Origin: Candidatus Multivoradales bacterium
GTDB taxonomy: Bacteria; Acidobacteriota; Thermoanaerobaculia; Multivoradales; J023
Reading direction: 5' to 3'
Assembly (NCBI GenBank): GCA_965248925.1
Contig: CBDFLE010000006.1
Coordinates: forward strand, 3,648,001-3,712,000
Length of the DNA: 64,000 nt
Below, piece after piece: positions 18,070 through 28,946 of this stretch (positions are counted from its first letter, which is position 1; every line of letters starts with the position of its first letter). The position numbers and the translations under genes are program-made. The notes beneath the pieces are model-generated. The model worked only from the letters and a program-made list of their open reading frames with translations. It had not been told where the DNA came from and ran no database searches.

Positions 18070-20901
18070 CTAGAACGGATTGCCGAAAGTGATGAAGAAG
18101 GTCGGGGCGGCGTCTTCGAAGGCTTCGCGGTCGAGTTTCCAGCCGATGTCGAAGCGCAACGGGCCGATCGGCGAGCGGTAGCGTAGGCCGAGGCCGGCGC
18201 CAGGCTTGAGATCGCCAGCGTCAAAATCGCGCCAGTCGGCCCAGATGTTGCCGGTATCTAAGAACACGGTGCCACCTAGGTCGCCGGAGATGGGGAAGCG
18301 GTAGTCGAGGTTGAGCAGAAAAAGGCCGTTGCCGCCGACCTCGACTTGCTGTCCAGCACTTTCGACCAGGGTCTGACCGAGAATGCCGAGGCTGTCGCGG
18401 TCGTAGGCGCGGTGAGTGGTGCGGCCGCCGAGGAAGAAGCGCTCAGAGATCGGCACCCGGGCGCTGGCCAGAGTCGCGGGCACTAGCGGATCGGGGGTGG
18501 CGCCCCGGCCGTAGGGCTGGATTGCGCCGAGCCGCAGGCTGGTGGCGAGAATGCCGAAGCGCCGTAGTTTGAGATATTGGGTTTGCTGCCAGAAGAGCTT
18601 GAGGAACTCGGCGTTGGCGTCGAGCAGCGGAAAGGCGTACTCGAGCTGCAAGGCGGTGGACCACCCGCGGCTGGCATCGAGTGGGTCGTCGCGACGATCA
18701 ATGAACAGATTTGGGGTCAAACTAGAGATCTGGATCTCGCGGTCGGCACGGTCGATCTCGCCCAGGCTCAGGTTGTCGAAGCGTGAGTCCACCAGGCGGT
18801 ACTCGTAAGCCAGACCGAAACGGGCGCCCTGGGTGTCCTTGGTTATCGCCACCCGCACGCCGAGATCGTCGACGGTGAAAGCGTCGCGTTTTTCCCGCTG
18901 GCGAAACAAGCTGTAAGTGATCGGCAGCCGCCAGCGGCCCACTGAGGGCTGGTCGAAGAGTAGCCGGAAGCGGCTATCCACCTGATTGCCGCGAAAATCG
19001 AGCTGTAGCCGGCCGGCCTTGCCGCCGATATTGGTGCGCGACAAGCCGAGCAAGCCGCCGATGCCGTCGTCGGAGTGATAGCTCAAGCCGTAGGAAAGTC
19101 GCCAGCGACGCCCTTCTTCGAGCCGCACCAGTACGTCGCGACGGCCATCGCCGGTGTGGTCTGGACCGCGCTCGACGTCGACTCGCGAGAAGATCCCCAG
19201 GCGATAGAGATCGCGCTCGGCTTCAAGCAGGCGCCGCCGGCTGATTGGCTGGCCGGATTCCAGGGGCAAGAATCTCCGCACCACTTCCGGGCGGGTGAGT
19301 TCCAGACCGCGCAGGATGACTCGGTCGATGTTCTCTTGCCGCCCCGGAGCGATCTCGAAGGCAACATCGACCAAGGTGTTGTCGGAGTTCCAGTCGAGTT
19401 GGGTTTCGATGGTGATCTCGCGATAGCCCTCTTCTTCGTAAAGGGCACGGAGCAGGTTGAGGGACTCGTCGAGCAGGGCCCGGTGGTAGGGGCCGCCGGG
19501 TTCAAGCGGCAGCGAGGCGCGGACCTGCGAGTCGTCGAACGTTGTGCTCTCCGTGGAAGCCGTCCCGCCACCGAGGGTCAGCTCAACCAGCCGTTGGCGT
19601 GGCCCCTCGGTGATCGGGATGTGGAGTTCGAGTTGGCCGTCGCTATGCACCACCTCGGCCGGGCCGACTTTGGGTTCTGGGAAACCGTTCAGTAGGTAAT
19701 AAGAGCGGATGTTGGCTAAGTCTTCTGCCAACACCTCGTCGACCAATCGGCCGCCGCGGTGCAAGAGACCGGACGGGGTGGCGGTGTTCATCAGGGTGAG
19801 CAGGGTTATGGCGTCGGCGAATTGGTTGCCGGAGAAGCGGATCTCGCCGAGCTGCCAGGTTTCGCCGAGTGCGACCTCGATACGGCGGTGCAGCTCCACG
19901 CCGATCCGTTCCTCCGGGCAGTCGATGGTGACTTGGTGGTAGCCCTGGCGTTGGAAGTGTGACCGCAGACGGTTGCAGGTTTGAATCACCAGCGCATCGT
20001 CGTAGACCTGGTCGTCGAGGAAGGGCAGCAGGCCCTTCTTCTCCAGCTCTTGGCGCTCAGCGCCGGTGACTTCGATCACCACCCGTGGGCCGACCTCCAG
20101 GTGGTGAGTGATCGACATGCGGTCGCTGGAGGCGTCGTAGATCTCTTCCGGGGTGCCGACCTGGGCGGCCAAGCGACCTTCCGCCACCAACCAGGTGCGA
20201 AGGTCGCGAGCGTCGGCCTTTAGCTGCCGGGGATCGAATCCCTTGCCCTCCTGCAAGCGCAGGGGTTGTAGTAGTTGGGCGCGGTCAAAGGGGCCGAGGT
20301 CGCCCTCGAAATGCACTTCGCCGACCGTCATGCGCGGTCCGCTGACGACCGCGAAGGTGACATCCACGCCGCTGCCCTCGCCGATAGGCTCAACGGCCAC
20401 CCGTACTTGATGGCGGCGAAAACCCCGCTGTTCGTAGAGGTCTTGCAAGGCATAGACGCTGCGTAGCACTCGGGTATCGATCAGCGGGGTACCAGCTTTT
20501 TGTTCGATGGTGCGTTCGAGTTCGATCCGTCGCAAGCCCAGTTCTTCGCCTTCGAGCCGTACACTGCGCACCCAGGTGTGGGTTCGCACCACCACCACGG
20601 CGACCAGTCCCAAGGGCTCGTCGCGAGTCCACAGATCGGCTTCCGCTACCAACCCGGTGGTGTAGAGATTCGATAGCGTGCGGCGGATTCGCAGCGGGTC
20701 GATAGGCTCGCCGACCGCGATGGCCAGGTGCTCGCTGAGGTCGAGGGCACGTTGGGGCAAGCCGTCGACCCGCAGTTCAATGGCCACCAAAGGAGCCGTC
20801 GTAGGCGCGGTTGCCGCCAGCGGCGGAGTGAGAATTGGCAGCAAGGCCAAGCCCAAGAACAGCCAGCCAGCGGCTCGCCAGATTTGTAAGGGAGGGCTCA
20901 G
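18070..20901 (-). CDS. Omp85-family outer-membrane protein (TamA/BamA-like, multiple POTRA domains + barrel); start uncertain
   Basis: POTRA-like repeats; ERFFLGGRTTHRAY; GAGLGLRYRSPIGPLRFDIG; terminal FGNPF; likely start is CTG overlapping the tamB stop or a TTG just downstream. Confidence 0.9.
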   Translation of the reverse strand: MSPPLQIWRAAGWLFLGLALLPILTPPLAATAPTTAPLVAIELRVDGLPQRALDLSEHLAIAVGEPIDPLRIRRTLSNLYTTGLVAEADLWTRDEPLGLVAVVVVRTHTWVRSVRLEGEELGLRRIELERTIEQKAGTPLIDTRVLRSVYALQDLYEQRGFRRHQVRVAVEPIGEGSGVDVTFAVVSGPRMTVGEVHFEGDLGPFDRAQLLQPLRLQEGKGFDPRQLKADARDLRTWLVAEGRLAAQVGTPEEIYDASSDRMSITHHLEVGPRVVIEVTGAERQELEKKGLLPFLDDQVYDDALVIQTCNRLRSHFQRQGYHQVTIDCPEERIGVELHRRIEVALGETWQLGEIRFSGNQFADAITLLTLMNTATPSGLLHRGGRLVDEVLAEDLANIRSYYLLNGFPEPKVGPAEVVHSDGQLELHIPITEGPRQRLVELTLGGGTASTESTTFDDSQVRASLPLEPGGPYHRALLDESLNLLRALYEEEGYREITIETQLDWNSDNTLVDVAFEIAPGRQENIDRVILRGLELTRPEVVRRFLPLESGQPISRRRLLEAERDLYRLGIFSRVDVERGPDHTGDGRRDVLVRLEEGRRWRLSYGLSYHSDDGIGGLLGLSRTNIGGKAGRLQLDFRGNQVDSRFRLLFDQPSVGRWRLPITYSLFRQREKRDAFTVDDLGVRVAITKDTQGARFGLAYEYRLVDSRFDNLSLGEIDRADREIQISSLTPNLFIDRRDDPLDASRGWSTALQLEYAFPLLDANAEFLKLFWQQTQYLKLRRFGILATSLRLGAIQPYGRGATPDPLVPATLASARVPISERFFLGGRTTHRAYDRDSLGILGQTLVESAGQQVEVGGNGLFLLNLDYRFPISGDLGGTVFLDTGNIWADWRDFDAGDLKPGAGLGLRYRSPIGPLRFDIGWKLDREAFEDAAPTFFITFGNPF

Positions 20902-23900
20902 AAGGTCTTCTCCCAACGGGCGTCGGCGGAGTAGCTGCCGTCGCCATTCTGAGTCAACACCAAGGTCAGACCGCGGTCTACTTGCCATTCCAGGCGCAAG
21001 CGCTGTTCCTCGGTCGAGGAGGGATCCACCGAGTAGGTTAAGAAGAGGTCTTCAGCCACTCTCTTGCCGACCGTCACTCGGGCGCGGGAGATCGAGTCGC
21101 CGCTCTCGGTCAGCGGATCGATGCGGAACTTGTCGAAGCCGAACAGATTCGATACCCGGTTGCCGATCACCGAGGCGGCTTGGCCATAGAGGAAGCTGGC
21201 GGCGGCCAAGCTCTGCTCGCCCCGTTCCTCGTTTTGGCGCACGGCGCGGGCGGTGAGTTCTTGCTCATCGCCGGTCGAGAGAATTCGGAATAGCTCGGTA
21301 CTGGGCAGCGGCGGTTCTGAAGAGAAGCGTGTTTCGGGCCGATCCAAGGGACCCGAGATTGCCAAGGTAATGTCGTGGTTACGGACTCGGGTAACCGCTT
21401 CCAAGTCGATCTCGGGCTCGATGGAATAAGGGTTGGTGAAGGTTAGTTTGCAGCGCCGCACCTCGTAGTCGGTGCTGAGGTAGCGCAATTGGCCGCCAGG
21501 ATCGATGTCGACATCGCCGTAGATCACCGGCCGGGCGGCGGTGCCACGCAACACCAAATCGGCGCTGCCGGTGAGTTCGGCCAGATTGTTGTGCATCGCG
21601 ACCGCGCCGAGGCCGTCAATGTCGATATTGAGGTGGATCGACGACAGGAGTTCGTCCGATTCTTCGACCTCTAGCCGTTGTCTTTGGAAAAAGCCGCGCA
21701 GTAGGTCGTCAAAGCCCACCGGCAGATCTGGCAGGTACTCAATCAGCTCAAGCTGGGCACTGCCGCCGAGGCTCATTGCTTGCAGATCGTCGTCGCCCGC
21801 TTCGGCATAGGGGCGCAGGTCGAGGTCGGCGTCGCCGACCAAGGCGAATCCCTCCGGATAGCGCAGCCGGAGGTCGCGGCCGACGAGCTGCAGCTGGTAG
21901 TCGAGCGGCTGGTGCTCTTGCGGCAGCTCGAACCTTCCCTCGACCGAGACCTGGCCCCCAGCGAGGCGCGCTTTGAGCTGATCGATCACCACCCGGTGAG
22001 GGTAGAAGAGCAGCACTCCGGACATGCCGTCGACGGTGTGCGGAAATTCCTTGGGCAACATCATCGTCGCCTGGCTGACCTCGCCCTGGCCGTCCAACCA
22101 AGGAGAGGCCAAAGTGCCGCCAATCTTGCCCAGCAGGTCGAAGTAGCCATCGAGTTCGAGGTCGGGGTAGAGCAGCCGCAGCCAACTGGTCGAGAGCGAG
22201 CTTTGCAGACGCAGATCGAGGGGCGCGCCGGAAGCAAAGCCGATATCGCCAGAGAGGAAAAAATCGCTGGCGGTTGCGTCTTCGCTGACGAAGAACGACT
22301 CGATGCGTGCTCGGTCTTGGCTTAGGTGGACGACGATCGGTTCCAGGTTGTGTAGCTGGCGGCCGCGCAGGGCGATGTCTAGTGAGTCGAATTCCAAGGT
22401 GATATCGGGCTGCTGCCGGTGCTCCAGGTTGCCGGCGATCAACAGCTGACCGCGAAACGAGCCACCGAGAGTCTCGGGCGGTCGTTCGAGCAGCAGATCG
22501 AGCAGGCCACGCAGGTTGGGACCCACCAAATCGATGGCCAGGTTGGCGCGCTGCTTGTCGAGTCGGCCGCCGCCTTCGATGGTAATTAGATCGAGTAGAC
22601 GGCCGCTGGCCTGCAACTGGTCACCCGCCCAGCTCAGCTGTAGCCGGGAAGCTCCTGCGGCGAGTGCTTGGCCGCCCAAGAAGATCTTTGGCAGCTCGGC
22701 GAGCAGTTGGATTTCTGGGCTTTCCAAGGTGCCGCCTAGATTGGCGTCGAGACTGATTCGGGCGCGCATATCCGGGCGCGGGAGGAAGCCCTTCAAAGGG
22801 GCTTCGCCGATTTCCAGACCGGGACTGCTGAAATGCAGGTTCAGGGTGCCGTCTTGCCAGCCAAAAGTGCCGCCGCCGGCCAGCCGGCCACTGCGGGAGC
22901 GGATTTCGAGATGATCGATGCGCAGTTCTTGCGCGTCCCAGCTCAGCCGAGTTTCCACCTGCTCGACGTCGATCACCGTGTCCGGATTGGCCACCAGATG
23001 AGCAGGGTCGAGGGTGGCGCGGAGGGTGCCCGAAGTGGCCTCCGCATCGATTTCCAGATCGAGCCGGCCGCTGACCCGGCCGTCGAGCGGCAGGTCGAAA
23101 GACAACCATGGGCGAATGGTCTCCAGGGTGCAGCCAACGGCGTCGAAAGACAGCAGTGTACTCTCCCCGCTCTGCTCGTAGTCAAACGGCACCCGACCTT
23201 TGATCAACAAGGCTTCTCGACCGCTGCTGATCTCCAGCTGCAAGCCGTTTATGGAGTTTTCGCTGATTTCGAAGGAGCCGTTGACCACGTCCCCACTCAG
23301 GCCGGGGGTGCGTACTCGCGACAGCTTCATCCGCACTTCGCTGTGGCTGTCCTGGGGAGAGAGGTAAAAGGTGCCTGCCAGTTCTCCCTCGCCCGAGTGC
23401 GGTAGCCACAGCTGCGGCGTGCTGAGCTGCTCGTCGCTGAGCGGCAGGAGGGCAGCCAGCTCACCGAGATCGGCGGTGGCCAACTGGTAGTCCCACTGGC
23501 CGTTTTTTTGCCGCAAGTCATACCAACCATCGATCAGGCCGTTCTGATTGCCGGCGGCCAGCCGCACTGGGTCGGTGCGCACCACCCCGCGTTCGATAGA
23601 GATCGGTACGGTGCCGCTGAGCAGCAGGCCGGCGGCTTGCGGATCCGGCCGTAGTTCGAGTTCCCCACCGCCCTTGCCGAGGTCGCCCTGTTGGCGCGGG
23701 AAGCGATAGCGCAAGGCGCCGCTAGCGCGCGCCGCCAGGCCATCGACGGGAATCTTCTGGTCGGCCAACAAAGTGTCGAGGCCGACATCCTTGATCGCCA
23801 AATCGATGGTGATCGGTTCGCCGGGCTCAGAGCGCTCGAAGGCAACGTTGCCGCTCAACTGGCCGCCGCCATAGCTGGCGCTGTTGATCACCAACTGCAA

Positions 23901-24926
23901 TCCGTAGCGGTCGGCCACCAGGGTGCCGCTGGCGTTGTCGATCTGGCGATCCCAGAGGGTCAAGCGCGGCGAGCTCACCTGGCTACGCCAGCCGTAGGTC
24001 AGCGGCCGCCAGTGAAAGCTGCCATCGATCTTCAGCTCACCCTCCAAATCGGTGAAATAACCCAGCTCGGCGAGGGCGCGGCCGCGGGTGTTGGCGCGGG
24101 TCTGGAAATAACACTTTTTGTCGTCACTCTGCCGCGTCCACTGGCAGAAGCCGTCGCCGGTAGCGTCGAAATCCGTGCTTGAGACTGCCGCCTTGAGGAT
24201 GTCCAAGCGGCCCCGGCCGAGTTCGCCCTCGGCGACAAAGTCGAGTACTTGGGGGGCCGCCGCGTTGGGCAATCGTAGGGTGACGTTCTGTCCCGACAAA
24301 CTACCGGTCAGGCGCATCTCCCCGAGCCCTTGCAGCTGGCCGTGGAGATCGTCGGCGCTGATTGACAGCCGCACCGATTCTTGATCCAGGGCGAACTCGG
24401 CGCGGTCGATTTCGATGTGGTCGATAAACAGGTCGAAGCGCCGTTGGTGCTGGCGGCGATGCCGCAGGTCGAGCAGGTTGTGGCTACCGTCGGGCAGGAA
24501 GTGCAGGAATACCCTGGGTCGTTCGACCTTGATCTGCCGCAGGTGAATGCGCTGTTGCGGCAGCGACGATATGTCAGCCTCGACATAGGCCCAGGGGACT
24601 TCCAAGAAGGCGGCGTCGCCGTTTTCAGGGCCGGCCACCGCCAGGCCCCAGATCTCGAGCGAGAAAGGCAACAGCTCAAAAGAAATATCGTCGATCACCA
24701 CGGGTCGGTCGAGGTAGACCTCGAGCCGTTGGGTGATCAGTTTGCGCCCCCAATCGCGGGCCCGGCGGGTGTCGAGGAAGAGTTGCAGCACGAAGAGCAG
24801 CACTACCGCCGCCGCCAAGCTCCACAGCAAAGGTCGGAGAATCCAGCGCCGAAAACGTCCAGGGCGCCAGCGTGGTGGTCGGCTGGCACTCGCTTGCTCG
24901 CTGGCGCTAGATTCGTCGGCATTCAC
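20898..24926 (-). CDS. tamB: TamB/AsmA-like translocation-assembly module protein
   Basis: N-terminal TM anchor, long beta-taco-like region, C-terminal DUF490-like segment (LVLRGTAARP, FTNPYSIEP, FSSEPPLP, VTVGKRV); adjacent to Omp85 gene. Confidence 0.85.
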   Translation of the reverse strand: MNADESSASEQASASRPPRWRPGRFRRWILRPLLWSLAAAVVLLFVLQLFLDTRRARDWGRKLITQRLEVYLDRPVVIDDISFELLPFSLEIWGLAVAGPENGDAAFLEVPWAYVEADISSLPQQRIHLRQIKVERPRVFLHFLPDGSHNLLDLRHRRQHQRRFDLFIDHIEIDRAEFALDQESVRLSISADDLHGQLQGLGEMRLTGSLSGQNVTLRLPNAAAPQVLDFVAEGELGRGRLDILKAAVSSTDFDATGDGFCQWTRQSDDKKCYFQTRANTRGRALAELGYFTDLEGELKIDGSFHWRPLTYGWRSQVSSPRLTLWDRQIDNASGTLVADRYGLQLVINSASYGGGQLSGNVAFERSEPGEPITIDLAIKDVGLDTLLADQKIPVDGLAARASGALRYRFPRQQGDLGKGGGELELRPDPQAAGLLLSGTVPISIERGVVRTDPVRLAAGNQNGLIDGWYDLRQKNGQWDYQLATADLGELAALLPLSDEQLSTPQLWLPHSGEGELAGTFYLSPQDSHSEVRMKLSRVRTPGLSGDVVNGSFEISENSINGLQLEISSGREALLIKGRVPFDYEQSGESTLLSFDAVGCTLETIRPWLSFDLPLDGRVSGRLDLEIDAEATSGTLRATLDPAHLVANPDTVIDVEQVETRLSWDAQELRIDHLEIRSRSGRLAGGGTFGWQDGTLNLHFSSPGLEIGEAPLKGFLPRPDMRARISLDANLGGTLESPEIQLLAELPKIFLGGQALAAGASRLQLSWAGDQLQASGRLLDLITIEGGGRLDKQRANLAIDLVGPNLRGLLDLLLERPPETLGGSFRGQLLIAGNLEHRQQPDITLEFDSLDIALRGRQLHNLEPIVVHLSQDRARIESFFVSEDATASDFFLSGDIGFASGAPLDLRLQSSLSTSWLRLLYPDLELDGYFDLLGKIGGTLASPWLDGQGEVSQATMMLPKEFPHTVDGMSGVLLFYPHRVVIDQLKARLAGGQVSVEGRFELPQEHQPLDYQLQLVGRDLRLRYPEGFALVGDADLDLRPYAEAGDDDLQAMSLGGSAQLELIEYLPDLPVGFDDLLRGFFQRQRLEVEESDELLSSIHLNIDIDGLGAVAMHNNLAELTGSADLVLRGTAARPVIYGDVDIDPGGQLRYLSTDYEVRRCKLTFTNPYSIEPEIDLEAVTRVRNHDITLAISGPLDRPETRFSSEPPLPSTELFRILSTGDEQELTARAVRQNEERGEQSLAAASFLYGQAASVIGNRVSNLFGFDKFRIDPLTESGDSISRARVTVGKRVAEDLFLTYSVDPSSTEEQRLRLEWQVDRGLTLVLTQNGDGSYSADARWEKTF

Positions 24927-24927
24927 C

Positions 24928-25788
24928 TCAGCCACCCCAGCCGAGCTTCTGCCGCAAGGCATCGTAGAAGGTGCGGTCGTTCAGCCGTACCAGTCGCACC
25001 GGCGCCGCACTGCGCTTCACCCGCACCACATGGCGATGGCCGATGCTGCTGCCCTCCTGGCCATCGACCGACAGGTAGACCTCCTCACCTTGGGTTTCCA
25101 GCGTCACTTCGATGATTTCAGAGTCCGGCACGACGATCGGCCGCAGTGACAGAGTGTGAGGGCAGATCGGTGTTAGGACGGCGACCGGTAACTGGGGGTA
25201 GATGATCGGTCCGCCGGCCGACAAGTTGTAGGCGGTCGAACCGTTAGGCGTCGAGATGATCAGGCCGTCGGCACGGTAGCGCGCCACCTGACTGCCACCT
25301 ACCCGCACGGTCAGTTCGATGATGCTGGCCAGCGCTGCTTTCGACAATACCGCGTCGTTGAAAGCTCTGTAGCGGGCCACGTTGCCGCCGGGTCGGCAGA
25401 GTTCGACGTCGAATAAAGAGCGTTCTTCGAAGTGGAATTCGCCTTTCAGCACCTGCACCAGGCTGGGGTAAAGCTCAGGCCGAGAAACTTCGGTGAGAAA
25501 GCCCAGCCGGCCCAGGTTGACCCCCAGCAGCGGTACTCCGGCGGCCACGGATCTGGCGACGCCGAGGAGGGTGCCGTCGCCCCCCAGAACCACGACCAGA
25601 TCGTAAGGATGGTTCGCTTGGATGGGGCTGATTCCGGCGCTGCCACAAGACCGCAGACTGGCCTCGTCGAGAGCGATCTCAATGCCGCGGCGTCGCAGCC
25701 AGTCGGCCACTTCGGAGGCGGTTCGTACCGCATCTCGGCTCTCAGTGCGGGCGACAACGGCAGCCTGTCGGATTTTATGCACGGACAT
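24928..25788 (-). CDS. nadK: NAD+ kinase
   Basis: VLGGDGTLL, GVNLGRLGFL, FND, DGLIISTPNGSTAYNLSAGGP. Confidence 0.96.
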   Translation of the reverse strand: MSVHKIRQAAVVARTESRDAVRTASEVADWLRRRGIEIALDEASLRSCGSAGISPIQANHPYDLVVVLGGDGTLLGVARSVAAGVPLLGVNLGRLGFLTEVSRPELYPSLVQVLKGEFHFEERSLFDVELCRPGGNVARYRAFNDAVLSKAALASIIELTVRVGGSQVARYRADGLIISTPNGSTAYNLSAGGPIIYPQLPVAVLTPICPHTLSLRPIVVPDSEIIEVTLETQGEEVYLSVDGQEGSSIGHRHVVRVKRSAAPVRLVRLNDRTFYDALRQKLGWGG

Positions 25789-26566
25789 CGTCTCCACTGG
25801 GTGACGGGCTCATTCGGCTTTCTTGGCCGATGCGGCGCAGCAGGGTAAAGGCTTCGCGATTGCCGCCAACCCCGGTGACCGGCGAATCGAAGACTCCCGC
25901 CGATTCCAGGCCGAGGGCACAGAGTTCTTCCACCCGGCGGTCGATCACCTGGCGGCGCAGCTGCGGGTCACGGACGATGCCTCCTTTGCCGACCTGGCCT
26001 CGGCCGGCTTCGAATTGGGGCTTGATCATCGGTAGCAGAAGGCCGTCCGCGGTCAAATGTGCAAGCAAGGCCGGTACCACCTTGGTAAGGGAGATGAAAG
26101 AAACGTCGATGGTGATCAAGCTACAGCGCTCGGGGAGGGCCTCGGCCTCGAGGTAGCGGGCGTTGATCCGCTCCATGGCCACCACCCGGGGGTCGTTGCG
26201 CAGGCGGTAGTCGAGTTGGCCGTAGCCAACATCGAGGGCATAGATCCGCCGGGCGCCCCGCTGTAGAAGGCAGTCGGTAAAACCGCCGGTCGAGGCACCG
26301 ATATCCAGGCAAATCCGTCCGCTCGGGTCGATGGCGAAGTGGTCGAGGGCGTGGGCCAACTTGCGGCCTGCGCGGGAGACGTAGGGCTCGCGCACCGCGG
26401 TGACTCGGAGTTCTGCCCGTTCCGCAATCGCCGTGCCGGGTTTGTCCATCCGCTGGCCGTCGACCTCCACCACCCCGGCCATTACCGCCCGACGGGCCTT
26501 CTCGCGGCTGCCAAAAAGGCCGCGCTGGAAGAGCAGTTGATCGAGGCGCACGGTGCTTCGCCTCAA
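25775..26566 (-). CDS. tlyA: TlyA family rRNA 2'-O-methyltransferase
   Basis: S4 domain RLDQLL..SREKAR, YVSRAGRKL, DIGASTGGFTDCLLQ, DVSFISL, KPQFE. Confidence 0.95.
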   Translation of the reverse strand: MRRSTVRLDQLLFQRGLFGSREKARRAVMAGVVEVDGQRMDKPGTAIAERAELRVTAVREPYVSRAGRKLAHALDHFAIDPSGRICLDIGASTGGFTDCLLQRGARRIYALDVGYGQLDYRLRNDPRVVAMERINARYLEAEALPERCSLITIDVSFISLTKVVPALLAHLTADGLLLPMIKPQFEAGRGQVGKGGIVRDPQLRRQVIDRRVEELCALGLESAGVFDSPVTGVGGNREAFTLLRRIGQESRMSPSPSGDDVRA

Positions 26567-26588
26567 CTCACCGCGGCGAGAGACAGAA

Positions 26589-27527
26589 TCAACGGTCGCG
26601 GGTCGAAAGGTAGGAGATCAGTGATGGGAACAGCCCTCCTTGCGCCGGCAGATCTCGCGCCAATTCTAGTGCTTGATCGCGGGTTCGCCGCAGCAGGCGC
26701 TTGCTTTTCTCAAGGCCGTGGAGTCCCGGATAGGTCAGCTTACGGGCCGCTGCGTCCTTGCCGGCGGTTTTTCCCAAGGTCTCGTCAGTGCCCTCGATGT
26801 CGAGTATATCATCGGCAATCTGGAACATCAGGCCGAGCAGATCTCCCAGCTGGCCTAGCTCGTTGGCCTGCCGCCCCTCGGCGCCGGCGTAGATACCGGC
26901 CAGATCGATGCACACTCGTAGCAGGGCGCCGGTTTTCCGCCGGTGGATTGCCTCCAGCATCGCCGGTGGGTCGTCGGGCCATTGGCGCTCGGCCAGCAGG
27001 TCGTCCACTTGGCCGCCGATCATCCCCGTGCTGCCGATCACCCGTCCCACCTCGGCGGTGGCCCGACGTCGCCGTTCGCTGCCGAGGTCGGCGGGTTCGG
27101 CGGCCAGGGTTTGCAGGCCCAGAGTCAGCAGAGAGTCGCCCACCAAGATTGCCGTGGCTTCGTCCCAGCGCCGGTGGACGGTCGCGCGGCCGCGGCGCAG
27201 GTCGTCGTCGTCCAGTGCTGGCAGGTCGTCGTGGACCAGGCTGTAGGTGTGGATCATCTCCAGAGCGGCGGCGCCGGGCAGTGCTAGTCGAGGTTCGACC
27301 CCAAGGGTGTCGGCGGTCAGCATGACCAGCGCCGGGCGCACCCGCTTGCCGCCAGCGAAAACAGCGTAGCGCATAGCTTGGTGGAGCAGCGCAGGCGAGC
27401 AGTCGGTAGCTGGCAAGAGGCGGTCGAGTTCAGCTTCCACCGCTGGACGCAGGGTTTTTAAGTAGGCGCTAAAGGTGGCGCCGCTGTTGCTCGCCGGCTT
27501 TGGCTGGTGGGTGTCGGTGCTCATCAC
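26589..27527 (-). CDS. ispA: Farnesyl/geranylgeranyl diphosphate synthase
   Basis: GGKRVRP, LVHDDLPALDDDDLRRG, FQIADDILD, LGKTAGKD. Confidence 0.93.
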   Translation of the reverse strand: MMSTDTHQPKPASNSGATFSAYLKTLRPAVEAELDRLLPATDCSPALLHQAMRYAVFAGGKRVRPALVMLTADTLGVEPRLALPGAAALEMIHTYSLVHDDLPALDDDDLRRGRATVHRRWDEATAILVGDSLLTLGLQTLAAEPADLGSERRRRATAEVGRVIGSTGMIGGQVDDLLAERQWPDDPPAMLEAIHRRKTGALLRVCIDLAGIYAGAEGRQANELGQLGDLLGLMFQIADDILDIEGTDETLGKTAGKDAAARKLTYPGLHGLEKSKRLLRRTRDQALELARDLPAQGGLFPSLISYLSTRDR

Positions 27528-27547
27528 AGGTTCATCTCGGTGGTTCT

Positions 27548-28816
27548 TCAGTGCTCGTCTGCACTGCTGTTCTGCTCTGCTTTACCCGGTGCTTTCTCAG
27601 TCGCTGCGGATTGGCCTAGGTGGCCGGCCGTGAGGCCGGTGGGTAGGGCCAGGAGTACCAGGAAGACGCGTTGGACCTCCGAGTCGCTCCAGTTGGCTTC
27701 GAAGAGTCCGGCGATAGCGAAGGCCAGGATTGCCAGCAGGGGGCCGAAGTAGAGGTCGGCGTCGCCACCGGTAGGTCCCTGGCGTCGGTAGCCACGCCAA
27801 GCCATCACCAGCCCGGCTCCTAGCAACCAAAGGTAGGCCGCCAGGCAAGGTAAACCCCGTTCAGCGGCAATCTGCAAGTAGGAGTTGTGCAAGTGGGCGA
27901 CGGTCAGTCGTGGTGCCGAGGGATGGCGATAGATCGGATACAGCTGCCGCACCATCTCGGGGCCGAGGCCGAAGATCGGCCGCTCGCCGATCATGTAGAG
28001 GCCGGCTTCAGCCATGCATAGACGGTCGTAATTCGAAGCGTCGCCGAGATCGGTGATCGACACGAGTCGGGTGCGCCAGGTCTGCGGACCGGTGACTAGC
28101 AAGATGCCACCTAACAGCACCAAGAGGGGCAGCCGGCGGGGGGCTCGTAGGACCAACGCCACGACGACGCTGAGGGCGATCGCCACCCACGAGCCGCGGG
28201 ACAGGCTGAGCAGCAGCGCCCAGCTGACTATCATCAGTCCGCTGATTTCCGCCAGGCGGCGGCGCCATCCCTGATGTGGACGCCCACAGAGCAGCCGGCC
28301 AACCAGCAACAGATGGCCCAGCATCAGTACGCCGGCATAGGTCAGGTAATGGGCGAAGGGGCCGCGAATGCGGTTGTTCAAGTCACCGTAATCGGTGGCA
28401 TAAAACTGCCAAACGCCGTGCAGCGCCAGACCGACGGCGACCCAGATCAACACATTCAGTAGCCGCCGGGCGTGCCGCGGATCGCGCAGCAGAGCGATGC
28501 CCAGAAGGACTGGCGCCAGCGAGAAGGCTTCCTTCACCTCGCCCAAGCTGACCGCGGGATCCACCGACATCACCATCGCCGCCAGCGACCAGGCCATGTA
28601 GATCCCCAGGGGCAATAGCAGCACTCTGCCGGTGGCCCCTCCGAGGTCGAGCAAGCGCCGTCGCCACAGCGCCCAGAGAATGCTCAGGCCAAGCAGAATG
28701 CTCGATGGGCTCATGCCGAGGAACGTCAACGCCTGGCCGCCAAAGAGGGTCAGACCGGTGCGCAGAGATCCCGCCAAGCTTGATTTGCTAACCGGGGCGG
28801 GGGCGGGCGGACTCAT
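27548..28816 (-). CDS. O-antigen ligase (Wzy_C)-family membrane protein
   Basis: Multiple TM segments; LSRGSW, RPIFGLG, HLHNSYLQIAAERG. Confidence 0.85.
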   Translation of the reverse strand: MSPPAPAPVSKSSLAGSLRTGLTLFGGQALTFLGMSPSSILLGLSILWALWRRRLLDLGGATGRVLLLPLGIYMAWSLAAMVMSVDPAVSLGEVKEAFSLAPVLLGIALLRDPRHARRLLNVLIWVAVGLALHGVWQFYATDYGDLNNRIRGPFAHYLTYAGVLMLGHLLLVGRLLCGRPHQGWRRRLAEISGLMIVSWALLLSLSRGSWVAIALSVVVALVLRAPRRLPLLVLLGGILLVTGPQTWRTRLVSITDLGDASNYDRLCMAEAGLYMIGERPIFGLGPEMVRQLYPIYRHPSAPRLTVAHLHNSYLQIAAERGLPCLAAYLWLLGAGLVMAWRGYRRQGPTGGDADLYFGPLLAILAFAIAGLFEANWSDSEVQRVFLVLLALPTGLTAGHLGQSAATEKAPGKAEQNSSADEH

Positions 28817-28946
28817 GAGTTCTAGGATGTGTTGGCGACTTCGCGATTTGCACTTCGATCCGGCTCAGATTGGGCTTGGGGAAAGCGTCTCCATGCTAGC
28901 ATCCGCCCTCCGACTCGAGCTGTCCCAGAAGGTGAGAATCCCTACC